A stretch of 64,000 bases of DNA, taken from contig NW_026782406.1 in assembly GCF_031769215.1 (NCBI RefSeq), positions 186,001-250,000 of the forward strand, in the 5' to 3' direction. Within the stretch, counting starts at the first letter, position 1, and the number at the start of each line of letters is the position of its first letter. The notes beneath the pieces were generated by a model, which worked only from the letters and a program-made list of their open reading frames with translations, did no database searches and had not been told where the DNA came from. The position numbers were made by a program, and so were the translations under genes. Origin of the DNA: Ylistrum balloti. Its lineage: Eukaryota. Shown piece after piece: positions 34,874 to 47,605 of this stretch.

Positions 34874-37800
34874 ATGGCGGAGAAGAGTAACATGACAAGA
34901 CAAATCGTGAAGGAAGGATACACTGATGTAAGTACCTGGATACTAATTTGAACACACAGTTAACTGTTGTCTTTAGTCAGTACTTTAATACATCAGAAGT
35001 CAAATAGTTTTATAAAATGTGTAGAGTAATATTCTAAGCTGTGTGACTTTATCCTTTGAGGAGATTTTGTTTACTTTCTTTTATTTAATTTATCAGTTTG
35101 AGACGTTGAACGATAAATTGTTTCCAGTTGATGTGGAAGCATTGGTGATTACCACAAACGTCTCTTCAGGGTGTCATTGTGGAATGATTCAGATCATGAT
35201 TCAATTTATGACTGATTTCACTAAACACCAGGCGCAATACCCAAAGTTGATCGTATCAGAATTAATTTCACTAAATGCAAACGTTATACCCAGAGTTGAT
35301 AATATCAGAATTTATTTCATTAAATACCAAACACTATACCAAGAGTTGATCATACCATAACTGATTTCATTAAATATCAAACGCCAGAGTTGATCATATC
35401 GTTATATAGGGAAGAGGATTAAGATTATTGGCAGAGAAACATGCCTATTCTTTGTGTACTTACGATATTTCAGATCATAATGATCATCTATCAGATGAAA
35501 TTTGCAAAAGTGTCTACATATGAACACATCTCTGTAAGTGTTACTTTACAATAAAATTTAATGAAGATCGCATTAATAGCAATAACACCAAAAAGATGAT
35601 ACCAACATGTCAACATAATTCAAACTCAAAAGGTAATTTAAAACTAGGGCAAAATATGGACAAGATTTGCTAGGAGAATAAGACAAGGTGTTCTGGAGGA
35701 GTAAGCGTCTTATGTTTCATCGAGGACATCTAGATACTATTAGTGTTGAGTAAACGGTATTACAATAAGACTAACCCAGATTTGCTAGTTATATGAATGG
35801 TAGTAAGTACTTTTGACAAAGGTTTGGTTGAACCGCTAGACGAGCCAGAAATAAAACGTTGTTTATATGGATTCTTGTGAAGTTTAGAATTCCAATATAA
35901 ACAAGCAGGATTCATTTCCTTATCAATAATAGGCAATCTAAATAATTTATTACTTTTTAGCTTGTACTTCTTCATTGGAAAGTTTGCATGATGTATAAGC
36001 GGGGTTTCCTATGTTATTTAGTAAGTTCTTTTTGTATGCAAGAAATGTAATTTGTTTGCAGACAAGAATCCAGCTATTGGACGCCTTACCTGCAGGCACA
36101 ACAATATATCTATCATGTTAAGTGGATTCAACATCAGGATCGAGGAAAGCTGACCTGTGTTCTTTTTAACTAGCTGTCGGTTTGTTAAGATATGTACATC
36201 AATCCATTGTATTTTAATAAAACTTGTACTTTCTTTTTGAAGCGTATGAAGTGCAACATGTGAAGAAACAAAAACTTTTGAAACATAAACCCAAATGAGG
36301 AAAAAATGATTCAATATGTCGGCTGGAAAATGGATGTTTTTTTATATACGATTCTGACTACAGGGGGCCCATTACGACAAATTTAGACCTGACTACACAC
36401 CGGAAACAACGTCAGAAATTGTGCGCATGCTCACTGTTGATTATGAGGCTAATTCAGGTGAGTTTAAACGACATTCAATTTGCTTCAATACTAAATCCAT
36501 CTATTGTCGAAGGATATGGAAATCAGGTACTAAAAGTTTTTGTTGTATAGGTAAATATGTCAATGATAATCCACCATCAATTTCATGTCAAACTCCATCT
36601 GTTCTTTGGAGAAGATTGGTGATTCGCTTCCCAACTAAAGAAGGAATCAGTCACAAATTTCAATAAGGCAAAATAAGAGCAACAGAAAAAATACACTAGC
36701 ATCTTGAAAAATCGTCAGAATAAGACCAGGCATTCCTGAAGGGTAGGACTGTTCTGCTTCATCGCCGGCATCCGCCACGGAAACATAATGTCAAGTTCTC
36801 AAATGAGTAAAGGGTAGACAACAATAAACAACAGCCAGACAAACTATAGTGCATTCAACACGTCCAATGTCACTGATTGTAGAATTTTTTTCTGGTTATC
36901 CGTCAGTGGACAGATCCTGTATGGTTATAATAAACCCAGTTTGAAATATATGTATATTGTCAATGCCATTCGGATGTTTTGGTGTTATATTTGATATTTG
37001 GTAGCTATGAAACGAAGTACTGTAAGTTGATACATGTAAGTCGTAATTCTTCTTTTGGTTTGTAGTTTGCGGAAACACCGGGCTCAGAAGAAAAGTAGGA
37101 ACTATATTTATGTTTACAAATATATACATTGATATGAAATAGGAAAAGAACTAAACAATATAGCCATTTAAGATATTTTTGAAATATACAAATATTTCAT
37201 ATTCTTTTTAATAAATCACTCAATGTTTTTTACTTCTTTGTCAAACTTTTAATTTTAGGTGAAAGATGTGATATTCTTGAACTAGGAGCAGGAACGGGGA
37301 AGCTTACATCGCACTTGCACAAACAACTGCCATCTGTAAGAATAGCATAAATATATAGTGTTACAATTCGGACGTATCTATTATATTTCTTTTAAGCGAA
37401 ACAAACGAGATGGAGACCCCTGATACAGAATTGAATTCGAACATAGATGAATAGATATTTATAACACTACATCTGAGGTTTGTTTAAATATTTGATTCAA
37501 TTTTCGTTGTTTGTAAGCAAAATGCAGCTATCTGATTTGTCGATTTTCCTTTTCATTTTTCAGTGATAAAAGGAAAAAAGCATCAGTTTGAAAAAGGTTT
37601 TTCTTTCATACCACCACGATACTAAAACATATCCCGATCAAACCTTAGATATATGCTGATATGATTTTGTATTAAAACAAAATAATACCAACATGTCAAC
37701 AAAATCATAATCCAAATTAAGATTCAATAAAACTAAGGCAAATCATGAATAAATGGAAGATTAATACGGAGAATTTTGAAAAAACATACAAGGCGAATAA

Positions 37801-40800
37801 GACCAGGTTTTATCAACGACTCCCGCCATGTTAATTATGGTCAATCAAAGTAAGTGATGCACTTCATTAAATGAGAACTTGGTGTATAACAACTGAATCA
37901 ACATACAAACTGACAAAATTCCTAGTTTCATATCAAACAAATAAATAAATAGGAAATTTCTCATTCAGATCGCTTTGACGATAGTGAAACGTCCATATAT
38001 TATCACCAACCTGCATCTTTTGTGACCTGTGTAATGAATTTGTCGGTTGATATCTTGCACCAAAATATATTGGAGCAATCAAATTCATATCTAAAATTCC
38101 TCGTATTATAACTTATACCACGACTAATATATAAATTCTTTTGTTAAAGGACTTGAAATTTGTAGCCACTGAACCGATGGAAGGATTTTTGAAAACCCTG
38201 AGAGAGCAATGCCCGGATGTGACCTCGACCCAGTGCGCCGCCACATCTTTGCCATTTCCTGATAACTCGATTCAGGTGAGTTAAATACCTATATATATTT
38301 TATTATTCCTAGATTAATCAAACAGGCTAGTTAATTAAAGACGGAGTCTACCATTTCCTGATATCTCAATACAGGCCAGTTAATTAAAGACGAAGTCCAC
38401 CATTTTCTGGTAGCTCAATACAGGCCAGTTAATTAAAGACGAAGTCTACCATTTTCTGGTAGCTCAATACAGGCCAGTTAATTAAAGACGGAGTCTACCA
38501 TTTCCTGGTAGGTCAATACAAGCCAGTTAATTAAAGACGGGGTCTACCATTTCCTGGTAGGTCAATACAGGCCAGTTAATTAAAGACGAAGTCTACCATT
38601 TCCTGGTAGCTCAATACAGGCCAGTTAATTAAAGACGAAGTCTACCATTTCCTGGTAGCTTAATACAGGCCAGTTAATTAAAGACGAAGTCTACCATTTC
38701 CTGATAACTCAATAAAGGTCAATGTTTCCGAACAACGTAGCAACTCAGTGTTTTCATGTAATGATATTTCAGAGCGTTGTGGCAGCTCAGTGTTTTCATT
38801 GGTTTATATTTCAGAGCATTGTGTCGGCTCAGTGTTTTCATTGGTTTATATTTCAGAGCGTTGTGGCAGCTCAGTGTTTTCATTGGTTTATATTTCAGAG
38901 CATTGTGTCGGCTCAGTGTTCTCATTGGTTTATATTTCAGAGCGTTGTGGCAGCTCAGTGTTTTCATTGGTTTATATTTCAGAGCATTGTGGTGGCTCAG
39001 TGTTTTCATTGGTTTATATTTCAGAGCATTGTGGTGGCTCAGTGTTCTCATTGGTTTATATTTCAGAGCATTGTGGTGGCTCAGTGTTCTCATTGGTTTA
39101 TATTTCAGAGCGTTGTGGCAGCTCAGTGTTTTCATTGGTTTATATTTCAGAGCATTGTGGTGGCTCAGTGTTTTCATTGGTTTATATTTCAGAGCGTAGT
39201 GGCAGCTCAGTGTTTTCATTGGTTTATATTTCAGAGCATTGTGTCAGCTCGGTGTTTTCATTTGTTTATATTGTAGTGCGTTTAGGCAGCTCACTGTTTT
39301 CATTGGTTTATATTTCAGAGCGTTGTGGCAGCTCAGTGTTTTCATTGGTTCGCTAACGAGACTTCAATGAGAGAAATAACCAGGGTCCTGAAGCCCAATG
39401 GCAATTTCAGTATGTTAGTAGATATATCTGGAAACCTATGTCAATTAATCAGGAGCTATTGCTTTCGCTAAAGATTTGTTAAGTTACCCATAAAAGGTAT
39501 ATAATGATTTTCGTAAAAGATGTCGACAGCTTTCAGTTGAACAACCCCGCAAAGGGATTAGAGAGGTTCATGAGGAATATGGTAAAATTAGATTATCAAC
39601 ACCATTATCTAATATGAAATTCTTCCGTTCGATTGCGCGCATTTGGGAATGTGATATTTCGTTATTGTATTGACCAAGATTTACTTAACACATCTTCTCG
39701 ATGAAGTAGAAGACACTTACTCTTCCGGAACACATTGCCTTGTTATGCTTCTACTACTTCAAAACTCTTTGTGTTAAAATTTCTTTTATTCGTGTATTGG
39801 CCTTATCGCATCAATTTCAATAATGAATGTACTTTTTTTTGTTGTTAATAAGCCCGTTCATTATTACGACCGCTCGAGACAGAAGAATATAAATAATCGT
39901 TTTTACCTCTACTACTATTAAGTTGATAACACTGACATTTAAAAACGCTTCTGCCATGTCTTTGCTACATGTAACTGAGATCTGGTTTATGCAATTGTTA
40001 GAACAAATACATCTGAATGCGTAATGTAGGGTCTACCACTGTGTATTACCTAATCAAGCTCAATGTTTCCTTCTTCACAGTTCTAGTGTGGAACATACAA
40101 GACGTAAGTGTTGACTGGGTTGACGCAGTCACCAAAAAAGCACTGACCTTCTTCGGTGATGAACCACAGTATCTCAAGTTTTGGTGGAAAGACGCAATAG
40201 ATGCCTTTCCTGGGCTTAGACTTAAAATCAGGAAGAAGCTGAACTATCCTACTGCGGAGGTATGAACACATTAACTATTACGAGATCAAAAACCAAATAA
40301 TTTATTGACATTAAGTGATATGGCATATGTGCAATAGGTAAATGAAATATATAGAAACAAAACGGAACGGTACCATTAAATAGCTTCATTAAATATAATT
40401 ATATCTTATAGAAATAATATTTTAAGTTAGTTCTGTACAATATTTTGCAAAGTGTGACGCTTGCGTGCATTATCCATGCTCTTTAATGTTAGCAAATAAA
40501 GCCGACTGAGAGCACTGGAAGTGCCAGAATAAATAAACGTAGATGACTATGCTGGTTTCCAAACATGAAAATATGTAGAGATCTGTATGTTCGCTGTTCC
40601 ATCTTAGACACAAACACTACAGAAGTGTTAGGGTAATGCTACAGTAACATTATGGAAGTACTAGGAAAATGCTACAGATGACTAGGATTACAATCTTGCG
40701 AACCAAACAGTTTATCTATAAACAGACATTATATAACAACCTATGAAACTGGTGTATGTTTATATGGTTATTGTAAAACCATAAAATTTAAAGCAACTCA

Positions 40801-41163
40801 CTTTTCTGTCTACAAACGAAGACCAGTTTGTTATTTGATAATGAAACGTATCATGTACACAGCTTTACCACTGTAAAAACAACCAACAAAATATTTTCCT
40901 TACATCGTACAGCAATGTTTCATCAGTTGAAAATTAATCTTAATTTGATATTCACCATAATTAAATTATGTTCGCAGTACACAATAGAGGACTTGAAAAC
41001 TTTCCATTCTACACTGTCGGCCTTCGCCCGAATGTCACCAGGAGATAAAGAAGAAGCCCTGGGGGAGATAGAGAAGGTGGTGAGGACTCATCCAGCCACA
41101 GCCGGCAAAACAGTCCTCCAGTACCCTAGAATCGTTGATTTGTTGCAATATGTTAAACAATGA
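34874..41163 (+). CDS. Class I SAM-dependent methyltransferase (Methyltransf_11-like), multi-exon
   Basis: Exons 34874-34927 (MAEKSNMTRQIVKEGYTD), an unresolved exon, 37259-37335 (DILELGAGTGKLT, motif I), 38150-38275 (FVATEPMEGF...CAATSLPFPDNSIQ), 39319-39409 (SVVAAQCFHWFAN...EITRVLKPNG), 40081-40259 (ILVWN...DWV...DEPQY) and 40978-41163 (HSTLSAF...YPR*). Phases are consistent from 37259 onward. The exon joining phase 0 at 34927 to phase 1 at 37259 was not identified. Confidence 0.85.
35590..36110 (-). mobile_element. Penelope-like element relic (RT N-terminal part plus tail) in methyltransferase intron
   Basis: ORF 35760-35975 contains ACLYWNSKLHKNPYKQRFISGSSSGSTKPLSKVLT, the LYW.PKLHK.PYKQR motif upstream of PLE RT domains. 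The tail motif is at 35590-35730. Confidence 0.75.
37680..38110 (-). mobile_element. Penelope-like RT C-terminus and tail relic in methyltransferase intron
   Basis: Tail motif at 37680-37830. The minus strand of 37960-38105 gives a degenerate ...KISTDKFITQ... resembling the RT C-terminal segment. Confidence 0.5.
38310..38716 (+). repeat. 49-bp minisatellite (8 copies) derived from the upstream exon end and splice donor
   Basis: Unit accatttcctg[ga]ta[ga]ctcaatacaggccagttaattaaagacgaagtct compares with exon end gccatttcctgataactcgattcag|gtgagttaaata (38251-38287). The last copy shares 17 identical consecutive bases. Confidence 0.92.
38730..39350 (+). repeat. 42-bp minisatellite (about 14 copies) consisting of the splice acceptor plus the first codons of the next exon
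   Basis: Unit tttatatttcag|AGCGTTGTGGCAGCTCAGTGTTTTCATTGG. AG acceptors precede 38773, 38815 and so on to 39319 at exact 42-nt spacing. The last copy is the start of the real exon. Confidence 0.95.
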
Positions 41164-41174
41164 AGAATTATATA

Positions 41175-42490
41175 CAGTCAAACCTCGTTAACTCGAAGTC
41201 GATGGGACCACGAAAATACTTCGAGTTATCCGAGTCTTCGAGATAGCCGAGTTCATGAGTTTGGGTGCAAAGATTTTTAATGTTCCTGACGTTCCTTGTA
41301 CTTTTTGTCACTTTTTGGCTATATACGAGCTTGATGTAGATTCCGGTAATAAGCAAACATATTTTGTTCTTGATCGTTGAAAAACCAGAATTGATAATTA
41401 AATTAGGTGCAGTTTGCTTATTATTTAGAAACCATCAATTTCGTTCTGTCAGTCCTTTTTAATTAACGAGAACTAGATTAGCCTACATGTCAACACGAGT
41501 CTAGGCTACATAAATAACGATGATACGGAAATCAACATTCACAATTTAATAATTTGACATTAATTAAACACATAATACAAACAAAATAGAACCAAATCTA
41601 ACATTTTAAGAAACACATACAATGTGAAAAACTTACGATATCATTCTAAACAGCACTACATATGACCGACTATGAGAACTCTCCTGATTCGATAACATAC
41701 ATAAACTTCCGTTGCGCATGTGCAACAAATGTTACTCAACATCACTGATTTGGCGCGTACACTAGGAAGATTATATTAAAGAGTATGCATGTACACAACA
41801 TGTTAGTTACAATAGCTATGTGACACTCATGACATCTCCTCACTAATTCTGCCCTAAGTACTTTGACGCTAATTAAATAATTGTTTCACTCATTTGTCGG
41901 TTTAATTGAGCACAGGTGACCGTTTCATGCGCACTCCTGTAAAAACATTAAGCCTAGTACCGGGCCGTGTTGTGATTGTTTTCTATAGCTTAGTTCCGCT
42001 TCACTGAGTGTATACACAGGTCGGTGTTTGTTATGGCTGACAGACACGGAAATTACGCAATGTGAGTAGAACTTCACTTTTTATCGCCGATATCTATCAA
42101 TTATAAGATCTAACGGTTACCTTTTATCATTCAATTAAATAACAATAAACACTTTTCTAAAACATGAATATTGTTAATTACAGTATTGTTCATTAATATT
42201 CACTTGTAAAGCCTATTGTCAGTAAAATTGCAAAATGGCGTAGCGCATCAGCAATGTAATTGACCGGCACAAAATTTATACTTCGAGTTTTCCGATCATA
42301 TTCAGTATATGTTTTGTTGTTGGGACCAAATTTTTACTTCGAATTAACAGAGTTTTTCGAGTTTTCCGAATTCGAGTTTTCCGAGTTTTGATTACTAGAA
42401 TAAAGAGAAGATTTTGCTGGGACCGACAAAGTGCTTCGAGTTAAACGGGGTCTTCGAGTTTTCCGAGTTCGAGTTAACGAAGTTCGACTG
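41175..42490. mobile_element. Non-autonomous Tc1/mariner-superfamily (pogo/Tigger-like) element, 1316 bp, TA TSD
   Basis: Left TA|cagtcaaacctcgttaactcgaa and right ttcgagttaacgaagttcgactg|TA (21 of 23 TIR match), with internal ttcgagtt subterminal repeats and no transposase ORF. Confidence 0.88.
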
Positions 42491-42999
42491 TATTTTTCAT
42501 ACTGATTTCAATTCTACAATATCGAGCTTTTCATTGATCATTCATTTATTTAATTGTATTAAAAATATTCATCCTAATTTATTTCTCGTTATTGTGCAAA
42601 AATTGAAATGATCTCTCAAAATCTGAATTAAAAGATAGATAAAAGTTGTACCGCAAGGTAATCATAAAAACCGAATCATGTCGGATGTTCATACTGCAGG
42701 AATCGGAGGCAGCCGAAAACATAAAAGTATCCACTAAAAATAGTCTTACTCCAACCACAATGATTATATATCTTTTTCATTAAAAACAATCTCCTTGTAT
42801 ATATTAAAACAATGTAATGATACCGTGTTATTAATTTACAATTTCTAATGAAACCGACATTAAAGACGGATATACTTGCTTTCTTTGTCGGTGCCTGTGT
42901 AACTTGGAGTAACGGAGTAATGATTATGCTGAATTTAAGACGATAATATCGTGCTATCACAGTGAAGCATACTGCTGAAAGCCCTCCACAAGATACCCC

Positions 43000-44510
43000 A
43001 ACCGGTAACATTACACTGACAACAGGTGTCCCAGTCGTTACTCTACCACACTGATGTATACTTCAGAAGGCCTCTAGCAGGACACCCCACCCTGTCACAT
43101 TACACTGACAACAGGTGTCCCAGTCGTTACTCTACCACACTGATGTATACTTCAGAAGGCCTCTAGCAGGACACCCCACCCTGTCACATTATACTGACAT
43201 CAGGTGTCCCGGTCATTACACTACCACACTGATGTATACTTCAGAAGACCTCCAGCAGCACGCCCCACCCTGTCACATTATACTGACATCAGGTGTCCCA
43301 GTCATTACACTACCACACTGATGTATACTTCAGAAGACCTCCAGCAGCACACCCCACCCTGTCACATTATACTGACATCAGGTGTCCCAGTCATTACACT
43401 ACCACACTGATGTATACTTCGGAAGGCCAGGACACCCCACCCTGTCACATCATACTGACAACAGGTGTCACAGTTGTTACACACCACCCTGTCACATTAT
43501 ACTGACATCAGGTGTCCCTGTCGTTACACTACCACACTGATGTATACTTCAGAAGACCTCCAGCAGCACACCCCACCCTGTCAAATTATACTGAGAACAG
43601 GTGTCCCAGTCGTTACACTACCACACTGATGTATACTTCAGAAGGCCTACATCGGGATACCCCACCCTGTCACATTACACTGATAACAGGTGTCCAAGTC
43701 ATTACACTACTGCCCTGATGTATACTTCAGAAGACCTCCAACAGCACACCCCACCCTGTCACATTATACTGACAGCAGGTGTCCCAGTCATTACACTACC
43801 ACACTGATGTATACTTCAGAAGGCCAGGACACCCCACCCTGTCACATTATACTGACAACAGGTGTCCCAGTCATTACACTACCACACTGATGTATACTTC
43901 AGAAGGCCAGGACACCCCACCCTGTCATATTATACTGACAACAGGTGTCACAGTTGTTACACCACACCCTGTCACATTATACTGACATCAGGTGTCCCAG
44001 TCATTGCACTACCACACTGATGTATACTTCAGAAGACCTCCAGCAGCACACCCCACCCTGTCACATTATACTGACAACAGGTGTCACAGTTGTTACACCA
44101 CACCCTGTCACATTATACTAACATCAGGTGACCCAGTCATTACACTACCACACTGATGTATACTTCAGAAGGCCAGGACACCCCACCCTGTCACATTATA
44201 CTGACAACAGGTGTCCCAGTCGTTACACTACCGCACTGATGTATACTTCAGAAGACATCCAACAGCACACCCCACCCTGTCACATTATACTGACAACAGG
44301 TGTTCCAATCGTTACACTACCACACTGATGTATACTTCAGAAGACCTCGAGCAGGACACCCCACCCTGTCACATTATACTGACATCAGGTGTCCCTGTCG
44401 TTACACTACCACACTGATGTATACTTCAGAAGACCTCCAGCAGGACACCCCACCCTGTCACATTATACTGACAACAGGTGTCCCAGTCGTTACACTACCA
44501 CACTGATGTA
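43000..44510. repeat. About 89-bp satellite (roughly 17 units, with shorter variants) derived from a SINE-like segment
   Basis: Unit caggtgtcccagtcattacactaccacactgatgtatacttcagaagacctccagcagcacaccccaccctgtcacattatactgacat. ORF-track starts recur every 89 nt. The unique flank 42950-43040 is a diverged copy of the same unit. Confidence 0.95.
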
Positions 44511-45285
44511 TATGTATAAGTACTCCTGACTGCCTAGATTTCATGTTTCAAATTAAATTTTTTTTTCAAAATTCAGGCCCTAAGTATCACTGCGAATCCA
44601 AAACGGACGAAACCGCAAGAAAAGTTCTCAGATAGGACTACCATGAAATACGTTTGAAATCTGCGGTAATGAAGTTTCACATTTTGGTTTAGTGTCGGTG
44701 TTTAGCAACCCCCACTCATGTTTTTATTCAGTGATACTTATAAGTTTATATAAATCATGTATTTGATTTCCCCATTTTCATATGACTAAAACCATGCTGT
44801 GTTTCTCATGTTGATCATCATTATGTCTATGTATTAATGCGTTTGCAAAATGCATTAAATGTCACAATTTGAGTTGGCTTTCTAATCGGAAGTGAAATAT
44901 ACCTGTTATACCATGCTGTTACACTATAAAGCTACATTATTGTGATTGCTTTTTTTTATTGGGTTATCCACTTACAAATTGTGTACAAGAATAAATAGGG
45001 CCGGGAGTGTGTAACGGTAACATACAGCATATAACGGTGTTGCTATGTAATGAAAAAGGAAGAATGAAAGAAGTGGTAGTCGACAAGCGTGGGTGGAATG
45101 TCTCCTGTTGTTGGTCTACACTTCCAAACAGACTGTTTTTGTCACGATTAAACCCTAAACTTCTACCTGGTGTTCCCGAGATTGTGTCCTGATGTAGTAG
45201 TGAGATATCTGATGTGACCGTGGCTGCATTAATGCGGAATATGGTAATACCCATCATACTGAACATTTGAAACAAGATAAACAAG

Positions 45286-45329
45286 CATCATCATCATCAT
45301 CATCAGAGAGAGAGAGAGAGAGAGAGAGA
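45286..45329. repeat. Compound microsatellite (CAT)6-(GA)n
   Basis: catcatcatcatcatcat followed by ca and about 12 GA dinucleotides; absent from the paralogous position in copy A. Confidence 0.95.
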
Positions 45330-45479
45330 ACAAAGAAAATTCAAAATATCTAATGAAGAATTCTTATATTATTTGAAATTTGATCAATTGATTTAAGAGT
45401 TTGTTGATATGCAAAGATTTTTTCTTGCATATTTCTGTTTTGTTGTTTATTACTATATAAAAGCTATTTCCTAAAATGT

Positions 45480-45760
45480 CACCAAATTCTTGTCTGAACA
45501 GCCTTAGCTGATTTGTGTTGTACGACAAAATGTCGCCCTACCTTTGTCTCGACATCCTGACTTAGCTGAAATATACTCTACGACAGAATGTCATCCTACC
45601 TTTCTCTCGACAACCTGACTGAGTTGATAGGTACTGTACGAAACCATGTCGCCCTACCTTTGTTTTCAACAACCAGACTGAGTTGAAATGTCCTGTATGT
45701 TAAAATGTTGTTATACTTTTGTCTCAAAACCTGACTGAGTTGAAATATGCTGTACGAAAC
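45480..45760. repeat. About 57-bp degenerate minisatellite (about 5 copies; about 3-4 copies in the paralog at 33000-33190)
   Basis: Recurrent gacaacctgactgagttgaaat.tgctgtacgaaaccatgtcgccctacctttg. Confidence 0.8.
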
Positions 45761-46574
45761 CATATCAGGATCCAGAATGTATTCATTGTTGTAATTATTC
45801 ATTGTGAAAAAATGATTAAAAAGACCTAATCAACATGTTGCTGTTGCATTTTGGTAATCAGACTGTGTTTCACGTGCAACTATGTTTTATTTACAAAGGA
45901 AGGTCAGAGTACACCATCTATCTCCAAATCAGAATTTGAAGATATTCGAATTCAATATTATACATTCTGTGGTGATAAAGACTACCAGGAACCAGCATAA
46001 TATCCTGATTTTCAAAGACGTGGTTTAAACCAAGGAAAGCAATTAATGTACAAGACTGCAGACAATAACATGCATGTGGGAAGTAAGCTTGAGGGATAAG
46101 CTCCAAGTTTTGAACTACATTGCATGTTGATTATTTCGATATAAAAACAAGCTGACAGGATCATGGGAGATTGTTCTATTACACTGTGTGGCTTCCTGTA
46201 ACTTTTTGCACATATCAGTAAGTGAAAGTATTCATTAAATACTGTATGGTTTGTAATATTCGCGAGTGAATTTAATTTCGCTGTAATCATGGTCAATAAA
46301 GATAGCATGAAATTATATGCCCAGTGAGCATTTAGTGAATGAAATTTGAGTGAGATTTGATAACCGTGAAATAGCCTAAATCGGGACAACCGCGGAATAA
46401 TAGCCCCGCAGAAAAAGATAGACATACAGCTTCATCCCTATCAAGTCAAGAATCCAGAAAATAAAAGTTTATCGTATTGTATATTCATTTCCTGTTTTCA
46501 ATTTTAGGTCGTGAATAAATTTTTGATAACAATAAAAGGTAGCAGTAAACAGTTAATATGCATTTTTCCTGAAA

Positions 46575-47160
46575 TTATTTGTCATGTTTGAGATATACAG
46601 GTATAGCAGATTGGTTTTGAAAAATACATCATTACATGTATATATATTTATAAACTACATAACAATTACATTAACAGTAGAGAGATGAAATTTGTGTAAA
46701 AAAAAATTCCTCTGATTTCTGATTGTCATGGTTACCTACTGAAAAAATGCTAAAACTGCAAAAATACTGCCAATTCCAACCTAACACTACAACTTTCTAG
46801 AAGAAATTTAATTCTAAACACCTATATTACAATCAACAACACTGTCATGGTAACAGAGTACTTACTTTTCAGCAAATTCCAACTCGGAAATTCTTCATAA
46901 CATGACCACATGTAAACACTATGAAAATTTCACTTCCTGTAAAGCTAGTTTTTGGTGCGTAGACACAGATTCGAGACAGCCCAAATAGTAATCTCCAACA
47001 CAAAGCTAAAATATTATCCTGAAAAAATGAAACCCCACATTGTCCACTTTAACATGACAGGAACAATTTTAGCAAGGATATTTTTTTTCATTTTTAATTA
47101 AAACCTTTATAATGGGGTGATCTAATGAACAAAAAAATCACCCATGGCCACACCGAGAAA
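46575..47160 (+). repeat. Dispersed repeat, copy 2 (longer than 29625-30065)
   Basis: Matches 29625-30065 with an extra internal segment at about 46785-46930. Confidence 0.8.
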
Positions 47161-47164
47161 CTGT

Positions 47165-47605
47165 GTACTGCTACCAAATGCAATAAAAATAATGTGTCTG
47201 TCAGGACATTGGTGTTACATGTATTTTGCGGACATTACTGTGAGGATGTTGGGTACTTTTTCCTAGAATGTAAGCTTTATGATAGGGTAAGAATATCATT
47301 TTTTCAAAGTATAAACATGTTGAACTTAGATCAAGTGAATTTACATCTATTTTTATTTGGAAATGAAAATCTGTCCCTAACCACCAATACAGAAGTATTC
47401 AGACACGTGCAAATTTTTATCAAATCCAGCAACAGATTTTAAGTAAAATGTACTAAATGTTAAATACATTATGTATGCCTTGTTAATGTTATCATGTAAA
47501 TATTTATCATGTACTGTATTAGAGGAAAAGGCGGTCATAAGTTGAAATAACTTGTGCCTAATCCTCTGCTCAATTTTGGGGCAATAAATATGTTTAAATC
47601 AAATT
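47165..47605 (+). mobile_element. 5'-truncated CR1-type LINE: ORF2 C-terminus and 3' UTR
   Basis: CGHYCEDVGYFFLECKLYDRVR...LFLFGNENLSLTTNTEVFRHVQIFIKSSNRF* is the typical CR1-clade ORF2 terminus. It is followed by a 3' UTR ending cataagttgaaataacttgtgcc...gcaataaaatatgtttaaatcaaa. Confidence 0.78.

Noticed and set aside
38719-39356. Four overlapping long ORFs as genes
   Set aside because: All are frames of the 42-bp repeat; only the last unit belongs to a real exon.
43115-44506. Series of 66-70 aa ORFs resembling a peptide gene family
   Set aside because: They recur at the 89-bp satellite period, overlap each other and shift frame each unit.
46240-46430. Possible small MITE with tactgta-type ends
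   Set aside because: The inverted ends match over only about 7 bases; not supportable.
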